From Candidatus Altiarchaeales archaeon (GTDB lineage Archaea > Altiarchaeota > Altiarchaeia > IMC4 > SCGC-AAA252-I15), in NCBI GenBank assembly GCA_014727915.1, contig WJMO01000008.1, positions 21,869 through 85,868 on the forward strand: DNA of 64,000 nucleotides, in the 5' to 3' direction. Below, piece after piece: positions 49,043-58,835 of this stretch. Every line of letters starts with the position of its first letter. Positions within the stretch are counted from its first letter, which is position 1. Both the position numbers and the translations under genes were made by a program. The notes below the pieces were generated by a model that was not told the origin of the DNA, searched no databases, and saw only the letters and a program-made list of their open reading frames with translations.

Positions 49043-49770
49043 CCGTTCCGGATACGGTCTTCCATCTCCTTGAGGTTCCGTTCGTTGTCGAACGCGCCCA
49101 CTACCGCCCGGAGTTCCTCCCTGCCCAATCCCCTCAACTCCTTGGCGGATTCTATCATGTTAGGCAGCGCCCTTACGATGTTGTCAACGATTGTTATGTC
49201 CGCTTTCTGGGCGGTCCGCGACAGGGGGTTCAGGTCAACGGCGATGACCTTCTTCCCCATGTCCTTCAGCTTCTCGGTGCGGTCCCCGTCCTCGAGCATC
49301 ACCAACACCGCATCCGCTTCGAGTATTGCAGTGTCGGACTTGGAGCGTTCGCTCTCCAGGCCAGGCACGGTGTTCTCCTCCACGCCAACACCGTATACGG
49401 TGTCAGCGCCGGCAGCCAGCAGCACATCCCGTATCCTCTCCTCCCGGTCCAACGTCCTGTAGAACAGGTTAACCTCCAGCTTAGCGCCAGTAACCCGGGC
49501 TAAGACCCCTATTTCAGCCGCTGAGAGGGCTGCTGAATTGCCATTTACCGAGATGGCCGGTTTTTCAGCCGCCAGAAGCAACGCAGAAGCCGCCGTGGCC
49601 GCCTCACCAGCCTGCTCCCAGGTCCTCTCTCCCAGCAGGTAATCGAAGGCCTCTCCCCGTCCGTGGGCGATCAGGCCGGCAGAAGCCACAACACCCCTTT
49701 CAAAGGCGTCTGTGAGCCTGTGCCGCAGGTCAAGTGACATCTTCCGGGGGTGGGAGACTGGGACAGTCAT
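49039..49770 (-). CDS. possible 4-phosphopantoate--beta-alanine ligase (DUF137/COG1701-like)
   Basis: N-terminal SHPR...GLIAHGRGEAFDYLLGE resembles the archaeal phosphopantothenate synthetase family, as recalled from memory. Not verified. Confidence 0.45.
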   Translation of the reverse strand: MTVPVSHPRKMSLDLRHRLTDAFERGVVASAGLIAHGRGEAFDYLLGERTWEQAGEAATAASALLLAAEKPAISVNGNSAALSAAEIGVLARVTGAKLEVNLFYRTLDREERIRDVLLAAGADTVYGVGVEENTVPGLESERSKSDTAILEADAVLVMLEDGDRTEKLKDMGKKVIAVDLNPLSRTAQKADITIVDNIVRALPNMIESAKELRGLGREELRAVVGAFDNERNLKEMEDRIRNG

Positions 49771-49825
49771 GTGATAACCAATAGCGACATAACGTTTATA
49801 AACCGGTCTTACGTAGTATATGAAC

Positions 49826-49945
49826 GGTCAACGGTCACAGCGGAGGGGCCACACCTGCACTCATTCCGAACGCAGAAGTTAAGCCCTCCAGCGATTAAGA
49901 CGGTACTGCATAAGATGTGGGAACTCTTGGACGCTGTTGGCCACC
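49826..49945 (+). rRNA. rrf: 5S ribosomal RNA (stand-alone)
   Basis: The 5' GGUCAACGG pairs with the 3' CUGUUGGCC to form helix I. The internal CCACACCUGCACUCAUUCCGAACGCAGAAGUUAAGCC matches the universal 5S loop B/C region and closely resembles Thermoplasma 5S. No protein ORF. Confidence 0.8.
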
Positions 49946-50023
49946 CCACTATCACAAACTCAAGCCCCACCCCCTGATTCCTATTCTTTCTAATGTAAAA
50001 GGCCGAGGGCGTAATTCATAACG

Positions 50024-51667
50024 ATGGACTGCAGGGACATAGTCGAACGCATACTATCCGGGGAGATCGACAGCCGGGAGCGGTTGGAGGACGAGAAGAG
50101 GGAGTACGCGGTCAGGCACGGGCTGGACAGGTTCATCCGCAACAGCGAGATACTGTCAGCAGCTACGCAGGAGGAGATGAAGAGGATACTGAAGATACTC
50201 CAGAAAAAGCCCACCCGGACCATGAGCGGCGTCGCGGTAGTGGCTGCCATGACCAGACCCCACGAGTGCCCCCACGGGAAGTGCAGGTACTGCCCCGGCG
50301 GCCCAGACTCGGATGTGCCGCAGAGCTACACGGGAAAGGAACCGGCGACGCGCAGGGCGATACAGTACGGGTACGACCCCTACCTGCAGACGACGTTCAG
50401 ACTGGCTCAGTTGAAGACCATCGGCCACCCGGTTGACAAGGCCGAGCTGATCGTGATGGGGGGTACGCTGACCGCCCAGTGCCTGGACTATCAGGAGTGG
50501 TTCGTGAAGGAATGCCTCAGGGCCATGAACGACTTCGACAACAGCTACGCCAGCATCAAAAGAGACGGAGAAGAAGAATTCATATATAATTATGAAAAAT
50601 CGGTTAAAAGATTCAATTATATTGAAAAAATCCAGGAAGAGAACGAGTCATCTGCTGTGCGTTGCGTTGGGATGACCTTCGAGCCCCGGCCGGACTGGGC
50701 GAGGAGGGAACAGATAGACCTCATGCTGGGATTCGGAGTCACCCGCGTTGAAGTGGGAGTGCAGAACCCCGACGATAGGATATACGAGGAGATAGAGAGG
50801 GGCCATACGGTGGAGGACGTCGTGGACGCCACCCGAGAGCTTAAGGACAGCGGACTCAAGGTGGGATACCATATCATGCCTGGGCTGAGAGGATACGACC
50901 CGACACTGGACCTGGGAGCGTTCAAGAAGGTGTTCACAGACGACCGGTTCAAACCGGACATGTTGAAGATATACCCTTGCATAGTCATGGAAGGCACCGA
51001 CTACTCAATGAAGTACAGGACTGGAGAGTTCACCCCATTGACGACCGAGGAGGCCGTCGAAGTCATCGTGAAGGCCAAATCGATGATGCCCAAGTGGGTG
51101 AGGACCATGAGGATAATGAGGGACATACCAAGCAACATCGTCGAAGCGGGCATAAAAGCCAGCAACCTGGGCCAGCTGGTCCACGACGAGATGGAAAGGC
51201 AGGGGATAAGATGCAGTTGCATAAGGTGCAGGGAGGCTGGCAGGCACCTGCGTAGGGGAGTGGAGCCGGACATGGACTCCATAAAGCTGCTGAGGGAAGA
51301 CTACAGTGCAAGCGGCGGGACTGAGGTTTTCCTAAGCTTCGAAGACGTGGAACTTGACATACTAATAGGGTTCGCACGCCTGAGGACCCCCGGAGAGCCG
51401 TTCAGGCCGGAGATAACCGAGGATACGGCGTTGATAAGGGAGTTGCACGTCTACGGGCCGATGGTGGAATTGGGTGAGAAGCCAGAGTACGAGTGGCAGC
51501 ACCGCGGATACGGCGGCGAGCTGATAAGGGAGGCCGAACGCATAGCAGCCGAAGAATTCGACAAGACCAAGCTGACCATAATATCAGGGGTGGGGGTGAG
51601 GGACTACTATCGGAAGCTGGGATATGAGAGGGACGGACCCTACATGAGCGCTAGAATAGGCCAGTGA
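50024..51667 (+). CDS. elp3: Elp3-family radical SAM / GNAT tRNA carboxymethyluridine synthase
   Basis: Radical-SAM Cys cluster and a C-terminal GNAT domain. 547 aa. Confidence 0.9.
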   Translation: MDCRDIVERILSGEIDSRERLEDEKREYAVRHGLDRFIRNSEILSAATQEEMKRILKILQKKPTRTMSGVAVVAAMTRPHECPHGKCRYCPGGPDSDVPQSYTGKEPATRRAIQYGYDPYLQTTFRLAQLKTIGHPVDKAELIVMGGTLTAQCLDYQEWFVKECLRAMNDFDNSYASIKRDGEEEFIYNYEKSVKRFNYIEKIQEENESSAVRCVGMTFEPRPDWARREQIDLMLGFGVTRVEVGVQNPDDRIYEEIERGHTVEDVVDATRELKDSGLKVGYHIMPGLRGYDPTLDLGAFKKVFTDDRFKPDMLKIYPCIVMEGTDYSMKYRTGEFTPLTTEEAVEVIVKAKSMMPKWVRTMRIMRDIPSNIVEAGIKASNLGQLVHDEMERQGIRCSCIRCREAGRHLRRGVEPDMDSIKLLREDYSASGGTEVFLSFEDVELDILIGFARLRTPGEPFRPEITEDTALIRELHVYGPMVELGEKPEYEWQHRGYGGELIREAERIAAEEFDKTKLTIISGVGVRDYYRKLGYERDGPYMSARIGQ

Positions 51668-53114
51668 AGAAGTAATAGGTCATCTTCACCAAGGGTATGA
51701 CATTGACCAGGAGCAGGAGGATCATCAAACCCACCATCGTGTATAAAACCCGGTCTATGCTCACCTGCGAGACGCGGAGCGTTGAGACGAACTCCTTGAG
51801 CATCCTGCCGCCGTCGAATGGTATGACCGGCAGCAGGTTCACCAAGGCGATGTTGACGTTGAAGAACGCTATCCAGACCAGAGTGTTTATTATGAAGGAC
51901 ATCACGGGTATGGACAGGAACACCCCCGCCTTCCCGGATACCCTCATGTTCTCGAGTATGTAGACCCCAAGGTAGCCCCTACCCGGCTCCTCTGGATTGT
52001 GCGCCAGGGTAAGCTCGTAGACTCCGGTGCTGGCGTTCACCACCGCAGTGTCACCAGGCTCCAGATTCGCGGTAGAATTGCGGAAAAGATCCAAGTCGGT
52101 GGTTGGAAAACCGTTCACGGAGTATATGACAGAACCCTCGGGTATCACCCCGTCAGCCGGGTAACCCTCTATCAAGCCGATGACCTGCATGCCATCCGAG
52201 TAAACGACACCCGCGAATAGGGTGGTCAATGCTATTATCAGAACGACCGCCGAGGAACCAGCCACCAGGTTAGCGAACGATCCCATCGTGAAAACCCGCA
52301 TCCTGTCAACTGTCGTCTTCCGCTCTAGCTCCTCCTCGTCAGGCTCCACAAACGCCCCTATAGGGAGCGCCAGGACCGACAGAAGGCCCGTGGACTTAAG
52401 CCGCACCCCGGCAACCCTCGTGAGTATGCCATGGGACGCCTCGTGGGACACTAAGGTCACGGCCAAGGCAATAATCGCATACCACCAGGGGATGAACAGG
52501 TCATATCCTGGGAAGGATACGCCGACGTTGCCGCCTCTGGAGCTCGGCATCAGGGGGGATACGCCAGGCAGGTCCGTCTTTCCGAACATTATCTCCATCC
52601 CATGGGAGGCCATCAGATAGACCATGAGCGAAGGCAATCCGAAAACGCCTATGAGAACGGACGCCAGCTTGCCCAACACCATGGTAGAAGACACGTAGAA
52701 CAGGACCACGGTGGAGGCGAACGTCAGCCAAGGAGAGTCTATCCGGGGAAGGAAGAACGCCATGGCGGAGGCGAGGACAAGGGAGGCGAACGCATACTCG
52801 GGGTTCTGCAGGAACAACGCGACCGCAGCGAACAGCACGCCACCCAGCAGAACGCTCCTGGGAAGGTTCTTCTTTGTCTCGGTCCTGAGGGACAGGTAGT
52901 AGGCTCCCATGCCCCCGAATGATATGAATACTGAGAAGTCCGCGAGGAACTGCCAGAATCTGGGCTTGAACTTGGCTATCGAGTCGATAACTCTTATGCC
53001 GTGAGAGGACCTTATTATGAAAACCAGCCCAAGGTACCGCTCATAGCCGGACCTAACGAGCATTAGGGAAGCTGCCATGAAAGCGGCTATAATAGCATAT
53101 CCTGCGAACTCCAT
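51651..53114 (-). CDS. site-2 protease family (M50) membrane metalloprotease with PDZ-like domain
   Basis: HEASHG (HExxH) in a TM helix. Multiple TM segments. Central soluble domain. Start moved to MEFAGYAII. Confidence 0.75.
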   Translation of the reverse strand: MEFAGYAIIAAFMAASLMLVRSGYERYLGLVFIIRSSHGIRVIDSIAKFKPRFWQFLADFSVFISFGGMGAYYLSLRTETKKNLPRSVLLGGVLFAAVALFLQNPEYAFASLVLASAMAFFLPRIDSPWLTFASTVVLFYVSSTMVLGKLASVLIGVFGLPSLMVYLMASHGMEIMFGKTDLPGVSPLMPSSRGGNVGVSFPGYDLFIPWWYAIIALAVTLVSHEASHGILTRVAGVRLKSTGLLSVLALPIGAFVEPDEEELERKTTVDRMRVFTMGSFANLVAGSSAVVLIIALTTLFAGVVYSDGMQVIGLIEGYPADGVIPEGSVIYSVNGFPTTDLDLFRNSTANLEPGDTAVVNASTGVYELTLAHNPEEPGRGYLGVYILENMRVSGKAGVFLSIPVMSFIINTLVWIAFFNVNIALVNLLPVIPFDGGRMLKEFVSTLRVSQVSIDRVLYTMVGLMILLLLVNVIPLVKMTYYFFTGLF

Positions 53115-53115
53115 C

Positions 53116-53595
53116 TTACTTTTCCTTCCTCCTGACGACCACAAGGTCGCCCAATGTCAGGTCCTTCTTCTCCGAACCTGTGACTTCCTCGTCGTCTTCC
53201 ATATGCCGGACCAGGAGTCTCACCCCGAGCTTATTCTCCAGCTTCCGCGCCACGCCAACAGAGGGCTCCATCTTCTCGAGCTCGATCCTGTGTATGAGGG
53301 AATGGGGCTCGTTCACCGCCCTGCCAAGGTCTTCCTGCTTCCAACCCCTCTTCTCGCGGGCGCTCTTGACCTTTGGACCGTACCCGTCGACGAGTTCGTA
53401 TTCCCCTTCCATGCTGAACCCGCTGTCCTTTTCCTTTTGGGGCTTGGGCTTCCTGGGCTTGGGCTTCCCAGCATGCCTCATCTCCTTTACCACTTCCCCG
53501 TGGCGTGAGCACCCCCTGCAGGCGGTCACGACGCCGCCCTCAAGACGGACCTTGAAACCCTCCTTGACAGGTTTTCCGCAGAGCTCGCACATCAT
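53116..53595 (-). CDS. archaeal multiprotein-bridging factor 1 (Zn-ribbon + XRE-type HTH)
   Basis: N-terminal MCELCGKP...CRGCSRHG zinc ribbon and an HTH EKRGWKQEDLGRAVNEPHSLIHRIE. Start set at the internal Met. Confidence 0.7.
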   Translation of the reverse strand: MMCELCGKPVKEGFKVRLEGGVVTACRGCSRHGEVVKEMRHAGKPKPRKPKPQKEKDSGFSMEGEYELVDGYGPKVKSAREKRGWKQEDLGRAVNEPHSLIHRIELEKMEPSVGVARKLENKLGVRLLVRHMEDDEEVTGSEKKDLTLGDLVVVRRKEK

Positions 53596-53670
53596 CCTGA
53601 TGGAGAGGAATATAGTGTAAGAAAATATAAAAGAGGGTGAAATATATGGGAAAAAGCCCAAAATATCCAT

Positions 53671-54585
53671 ATGACAGGGCGGAAGGCATTTAGGGGGTAC
53701 AGGTACCGGAGGGAACGCGGGGTCGGAGTGTACCAGCCCCTTGAAAGGCTCGGTCCTGAAGACGACTTCGACCTCCTGGGAGTGTCAGACGGGTTCCCGC
53801 AGATACTCGGAGTAAATGGTAAAAGCCCGTATAAAGGGCCTAAAATGGGGCCGGAGTGGATCAATGTGATGAAGACCAGGAGGGGATGCCTGGAATGCGC
53901 CGTGACGCCCAAGCCCACCGTTTTGATGGCTGAGGTAAAAGACGGTAGGTTGGTGCAGGGAGTCTACGAGCAATCAGGAGACAAGTTCTTCGATGCCGAG
54001 ACCGGTAAGACCTACAGGATAACGGGGGAACACGAGGAGGTTTTTGTGAATGATGTTCTCAGGGATGGGCAGGTGAAAAGGGATTATGTGGATGAGAACG
54101 GGGGTAGAGTCTGCCTCGGCCGGAGGAAAGACGGCAGGGCTGTGAAGCTAGGATTGGAGGAGGTAAGAGAGCATGTGGAAGGGGGAAGCTCGAGGATGAG
54201 GAGAAGGCAGGCACTCCTATACGACATTATGAAGAGGGTGAGGGTCAGGGTGGAAGTCCAGAGAAAGAACGACGGGGGCGAGCCGGAGGTCATTGAGACA
54301 CGGCACCTAACGCCCATGAGGAGGAGGGATGAGCGGGTAACGGTGAACTTCAGAGCGGACGCTGGTGGTGAGGTCAACAGGGATGTGAGGGCAGTCAGCG
54401 GCATACTGAACGCGCCCACACCATGGGAGATGCACGAGAGGATTATGAAGCTCAGGGGCGGGGAAGCCAGGGTGGTGGGAAATCTGCTGGAAGCGATTCA
54501 GGGATGGGCCGACCTGGGAGGGCTGGTAGAGAACAGCAGAGTGGTCAGTCAGTACAGGGGAATCTTGGGTAAGAGGAGCAGTTGA
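53671..54585 (+). CDS. hypothetical protein
   Basis: 304-aa basic ORF (R/K/E-rich) divergent from aMBF1. No motif. Confidence 0.4.
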   Translation: MTGRKAFRGYRYRRERGVGVYQPLERLGPEDDFDLLGVSDGFPQILGVNGKSPYKGPKMGPEWINVMKTRRGCLECAVTPKPTVLMAEVKDGRLVQGVYEQSGDKFFDAETGKTYRITGEHEEVFVNDVLRDGQVKRDYVDENGGRVCLGRRKDGRAVKLGLEEVREHVEGGSSRMRRRQALLYDIMKRVRVRVEVQRKNDGGEPEVIETRHLTPMRRRDERVTVNFRADAGGEVNRDVRAVSGILNAPTPWEMHERIMKLRGGEARVVGNLLEAIQGWADLGGLVENSRVVSQYRGILGKRSS

Positions 54586-55107
54586 CTACTCCTCCTTGTA
54601 GGCTGTGTAGTTTAGTATCGGGTTGTCGAGTATGAACGCGTTGGGGAGGGTTATCTTCACCCTGTCCCCTGTTATCAGTTTGGTGTTGCTCATGGTGATG
54701 GTCTTCACCGTGCCCCGCACGCCCTTGACCTCGATGTCGTCGCCGACGAGGAAGGGCTTGTTCACGAGTATCAGGACCCCTGAGGCGAAGTTGTTGAGGG
54801 TGTCCTTCAAAGCGAACCCGACTATGAAGGAGCCCACGCCGAAGCTCGTTACCACCGCGTTCACGTCAACTCCCAATACAACCAGGACCACGGCCAATGT
54901 GGCCAGCCACATAACAGTGACGACACTCTTGTGGGTGAACTTCTCCAGGGTAGGGTCGAATTGGGTCCTCTCGAACAATCGCTCCAGGAACGCGTTTACA
55001 AAGGCTATGAGGAACCTGGCGGGAACAACTATCAGCAAAACCAGGAAGATCCGCTCACCCACCAGGTAGATGGCCTCCCTGACCTCACTGTCCGAAAACC
55101 GTATCAT
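54586..55107 (-). CDS. small MscS-family mechanosensitive channel
   Basis: Pore-lining helix and a beta-domain pattern (FASGVLILVNKPFLVGDDIEV). 173 aa. Confidence 0.7.
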   Translation of the reverse strand: MIRFSDSEVREAIYLVGERIFLVLLIVVPARFLIAFVNAFLERLFERTQFDPTLEKFTHKSVVTVMWLATLAVVLVVLGVDVNAVVTSFGVGSFIVGFALKDTLNNFASGVLILVNKPFLVGDDIEVKGVRGTVKTITMSNTKLITGDRVKITLPNAFILDNPILNYTAYKEE

Positions 55108-56057
55108 TTCTTATCTCCAAGCTTAAGCTTCTCCTTTTTCTTCTCTTCAAGCTTGTGCTTGGCTTCCACGATCTTCTTCTTGGCGTCGTCTGAAGCCTGG
55201 TCCTTGGCTTCGACGGCACAGCTGATCGCGGCGGGTATTATCTTGTGCTCGCACGGCATCTGGGTTATGTTCAGGTATGAAGGCGACATTATCTGCACCC
55301 CCGAGTTCGTGAACTCTGTGATTATGTTCCGCATGAGCTTGGACTTTATGCCGACCATCGCGGAAGGCTTGTCTATGTACCCGTTGGCCTCGTATTCTAC
55401 GGTATAGTCGTTCAGCCCCCTTATCAGTATGAAAGGCTTGGGGTCTTCGAGCACGCCCTCAGTCTCCCCCAGTGACTTCAGCAGCAGGTCCTCGACGACG
55501 CCAGGGTCCAGGTCGTAGCCGAGAGTGAGGTTGACATGCAATATAATCCGGTCCAGTTGGCTGTAGTTCACTATCCTCCCGTTCAACACCTTCAAGGCGG
55601 GTATAGAGACTATCTCGTCCTTGATAGTCTTCAAATGGACGAACAAGAGCTCCAGGCTTACGACATCCCCGTATACACCGTCTATCTCGACCCTGTCTCC
55701 CTCGCGTATGGGGCGGGTGGCGTGGAGTATTATGCCTGCGACCGCGTTTCCGATGGTAGTCGTGGAGGACAGGGATACCAGCACGCCGATGCCGATACCT
55801 ATAAGGGCGATTATCTTCTGGTCTATCCCCTTGACGGAGAGAAGAACCAGTAGGAAGGTGACCAGGTAGATTAGCGAACGCACTAGGAACCTCACCTTCA
55901 GATAGTATCCGCGTGGTATGTCGAAGTTCTTGTATAAAACCAGGAGTATCTTGCCCGTGGAGCCCAATGCTATCTTGGCGGCGGCAAGCCAGAACACAAA
56001 CCATAGTAGGGTGGGCAGGTGCGGCCTTAAGAGCTCGAACAAGGGCTGGAGGTCCAT
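55104..56057 (-). CDS. MscS-family mechanosensitive channel
   Basis: AVAGIILHATRPIREGDRVEIDGVYGDV core. 317 aa. Confidence 0.8.
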   Translation of the reverse strand: MDLQPLFELLRPHLPTLLWFVFWLAAAKIALGSTGKILLVLYKNFDIPRGYYLKVRFLVRSLIYLVTFLLVLLSVKGIDQKIIALIGIGIGVLVSLSSTTTIGNAVAGIILHATRPIREGDRVEIDGVYGDVVSLELLFVHLKTIKDEIVSIPALKVLNGRIVNYSQLDRIILHVNLTLGYDLDPGVVEDLLLKSLGETEGVLEDPKPFILIRGLNDYTVEYEANGYIDKPSAMVGIKSKLMRNIITEFTNSGVQIMSPSYLNITQMPCEHKIIPAAISCAVEAKDQASDDAKKKIVEAKHKLEEKKKEKLKLGDKK

Positions 56058-56093
56058 GTGAGGATATTACATAAAAAACAATAAATAACCGAT

Positions 56094-57482
56094 ATGGGCG
56101 AGCGAATCCAGTATTTCCTGTTGGCTTTGGCCCTTCTGGGAGGATGCTACCTGAGGACGGTGAACATCGGCCTGCCGGTTCTGGGGGACGACGGCAGCTA
56201 CCTTTACAAGAGCAAGGAGGTTTATTCGGGTTTGAAGGCCTATGAGGAGGTTTTCCTAGGTCATCCGCCCCTCAACCACGTCCTAACAGCATATGCGTAC
56301 AGGGTGTTCGGGGTTGGCATAGCCTCCGGGAGGCTCTCTTCGGTGCTGTTCTCGATAGCCTCAATACCGCTTGTGTTCATCGTCGCCAGGAGATATTACG
56401 GGTTCGAATCCGGTCTTCTGGCAGCTGCTGTATTCAGCCTATCATATGGTGTGGTCCACTTCACCAGCCAGGCGCTGCTGTACTCTGAGGCATTGTTCTT
56501 CAGCCTCCTGGCAACGCACCTGTTCCTATTGGACGGTAGGAGAAACTCGGCTCTCGCAGGGTTGGCTGCTGGCGTGGCAGCCTGGGGTAGGATGAACAGC
56601 ATTGTCGTGTTGGCCGCCATGCTGGCATACTCCCTGATAAAGCGGGAGCATGAGAGGGTGCTGCCCGTCGCGGGCGGTTTCATATTTGCAGCCGCTCCAA
56701 TGGCGCTCTTGTATCCAGTGGATGGCCTGCTCGACCAGATATTGTTCTATCACATGGCGAAACCGTCCTTCAGCCTGGCAACGAAGCTGAAGTACCTCCT
56801 CACGGTAACAACCTCCTACTACCCTGTGATATCGGTCATCTTCGTTTCTGGCATGTGGATGACCGTGAAGTCTGGAGGGTGGTCTGAGCCGGACATGCTC
56901 TACTCTCTGAACGCATTTTTGGCATTGTTGTCAACCCTGCTGTTGAGCTACGCCCACCCGAACGCCTCCGCAGCCTATGTGACCCCCTCCATCTACGCCT
57001 TCCTGATGGTGGGTTGCAGGGCAACATCAAGGTTCAGCAGGCATGCTATGTTAGGGTTCGCGTTCCTGCTGCTGGCTTCGGCTTCCACTGTGACATTCAC
57101 AGCTTCAGCAAGGGACGGGATGGTGGGCGGTAACATGATGGCTGAGGTGGAGTATGTGATCTCGTATGTTGAGGGGAATTCGAGCCCTGAAGAGCTCCTG
57201 CTGGTGGACGACTACATCCTCCACTACATACCCCTGCTATCGAGGAACAGGATGGTGCCGGGGGCGGACTTGAACGAGTACAGGCTCAAGCACACGCTCA
57301 CCTTCGAAGGTTTGGAGGATATGAAGTCGCAGGCAGGGTATGTGATCATGTCAGGGGAGGGGAGTTGCGGTGAAATACCCGAGGACCTGGCTGAGATAGG
57401 AGCCAGGAAACGTGAGGTCCTCCTGGAGGACACCAGACTGGCATATAGGACGGACAGCATATACGTCTACGAGGTCCTTTGA
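56094..57482 (+). CDS. GT39/GT83-like (ArnT/PMT-type) membrane glycosyltransferase
   Basis: N-terminal DD motif region (LGDDGSY) and about 10 TM helices. 462 aa. Confidence 0.7.
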   Translation: MGERIQYFLLALALLGGCYLRTVNIGLPVLGDDGSYLYKSKEVYSGLKAYEEVFLGHPPLNHVLTAYAYRVFGVGIASGRLSSVLFSIASIPLVFIVARRYYGFESGLLAAAVFSLSYGVVHFTSQALLYSEALFFSLLATHLFLLDGRRNSALAGLAAGVAAWGRMNSIVVLAAMLAYSLIKREHERVLPVAGGFIFAAAPMALLYPVDGLLDQILFYHMAKPSFSLATKLKYLLTVTTSYYPVISVIFVSGMWMTVKSGGWSEPDMLYSLNAFLALLSTLLLSYAHPNASAAYVTPSIYAFLMVGCRATSRFSRHAMLGFAFLLLASASTVTFTASARDGMVGGNMMAEVEYVISYVEGNSSPEELLLVDDYILHYIPLLSRNRMVPGADLNEYRLKHTLTFEGLEDMKSQAGYVIMSGEGSCGEIPEDLAEIGARKREVLLEDTRLAYRTDSIYVYEVL

Positions 57483-57498
57483 AGCTCGGCATAGCAGG

Positions 57499-58365
57499 CT
57501 ATATCTTTGAGATGACGAGGTTCGTGTAACCGTAGGGCCTTAGGTCCACCAGACCCCGCTGCTGGAATTTCCTGAGTATGCGGGAGACCTTCATCTTGTA
57601 GATTCCCGTCCTCTCGACCAGCTCCTTCTGCGTCACCTTCTTGCGTTTATGAAGGGTCTTCATCACCGACCGCTCGTCCACGGGAAGCATGAGCAGGACC
57701 CTCTTGAATTGCGTGTCAGATATCCTCTCCCGGAACAGCAGCGAGGACAACCCGCCCAATGCAAGGAATTCTATTGCGAGCAGGTACATGGCAGGCCTGA
57801 GAGGATGGTCCAGGTACAGTATGTGGTAGCTGTTCAGCACCGAGAATGATAGGCCGAAGATGAATAGGATGGAGATGGCTAGGAACAGCCTCTTTTCGGA
57901 TATCCCAGGTAGTTTAGTAACCAATTGGGCGGAGTGGTGCTGCCGATAAAGCTTTGACTCGACAAGGTTGGTGTTATCATAGGATGTCTTGACTATCAGG
58001 CCCCGCTCTTCAAACTTCGATAGGATCCTGGATACCATAGACCTCGACAGGCCTGATTCAGCGGTCAAGTCCGCCTGGCTCATGGATTTCCTGTTGAATA
58101 GTAGTTCTATGACGGCCTTTTCCTTGGGTGGCAGGAGGTTCGACACGCGGTCGAACTGTACTATGCTTATGCCCACTTGGAACAGCAGCGACACCAGAAC
58201 CCCGATGGCAAACGAAGTCAATGCTATCAGGGGGTCGAATATGAGGGCCAATGGCCCGTAATGCATGGAGATGGTCTCGTGGTGGTGCAGTGACGTCCCG
58301 AGCGTCAGAACCGTTATGAAGACCAGTATGAAGGCCACCAGGTTCTGGTCCCTATAGTCCATCAT
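57499..58365 (-). CDS. polytopic membrane protein with two winged-HTH domains (internal 2TM+wHTH duplication)
   Basis: Start at internal MMDYRDQ. Two hydrophobic pairs, each followed by a MarR/ArsR-like wHTH (...DLTAESGLSRSMVSRILSKFEERGLIV... and ...ELVERTGIYKMKVSRILRKFQQRGLVD...). Confidence 0.6.
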   Translation of the reverse strand: MMDYRDQNLVAFILVFITVLTLGTSLHHHETISMHYGPLALIFDPLIALTSFAIGVLVSLLFQVGISIVQFDRVSNLLPPKEKAVIELLFNRKSMSQADLTAESGLSRSMVSRILSKFEERGLIVKTSYDNTNLVESKLYRQHHSAQLVTKLPGISEKRLFLAISILFIFGLSFSVLNSYHILYLDHPLRPAMYLLAIEFLALGGLSSLLFRERISDTQFKRVLLMLPVDERSVMKTLHKRKKVTQKELVERTGIYKMKVSRILRKFQQRGLVDLRPYGYTNLVISKI

Positions 58366-58372
58366 CACTTTA

Positions 58373-58386
58373 TTAACAATTGTTAA
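58373..58386. promoter_or_regulatory. perfect palindrome TTAACAATTGTTAA between TATA-like box and start codon of the dual-wHTH gene
   Basis: On the gene strand: CCTATATAAATTAACAATTGTTAATAAAGTGATGATG. The TATA box is ~25 nt from the ATG. Candidate operator. Confidence 0.4.
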
Positions 58387-58685
58387 TTTATATAGGATGT
58401 TGTCCTTTAAAAATGCCGTAACATTTTTTGAGACACTGATCCGAGCCCGTAACAGTAAAAGACTTGTCCTGTAACATCCCATAGGAATGCAGCAACGTGG
58501 GACCAAACCGCGTTGACCAACAAAAAAGAGGTGATATGATGTATTGAAATGACAGGGGCTTCGTTTTCCCGGCAAAGGCAAACCAACGATACCGTGGAGG
58601 ATAAAACGCAACCACCACCCAAAAAAAAGTCGGATAATACGCCTGCCTGCGAAGACGCGCGGAGACAAACCCCCTGGAAAATAAC

Positions 58686-58835
58686 ATGGAAAAAATGAGC
58701 GAGTTGATTATGTGGGCCCTAACAGGCCTTGGAGTCTGGATATACGCAGACTATAGGATGAAGAAGATGGAGCTGACCAATCAGTTGATAGGTGAAGGAT
58801 GGACCGATGCTCGAACTGCGGCTACAACACACTAG
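58686..58835 (+). CDS. possible small TM protein (49 aa)
   Basis: MEKMSELIMWALTGLGVWIYADYRMKK... Below the ORF-track size cutoff. Weak. Confidence 0.2.
   Translation: MEKMSELIMWALTGLGVWIYADYRMKKMELTNQLIGEGWTDARTAATTH

Noticed and set aside
58540-58585. Possible C/D-box sRNA (GTGATATGATGT...ATGACAG)
   Set aside because: The C-box-like UGAUGU is present, but no proper D/D' (CUGA) boxes at the right spacing and no terminal stem.
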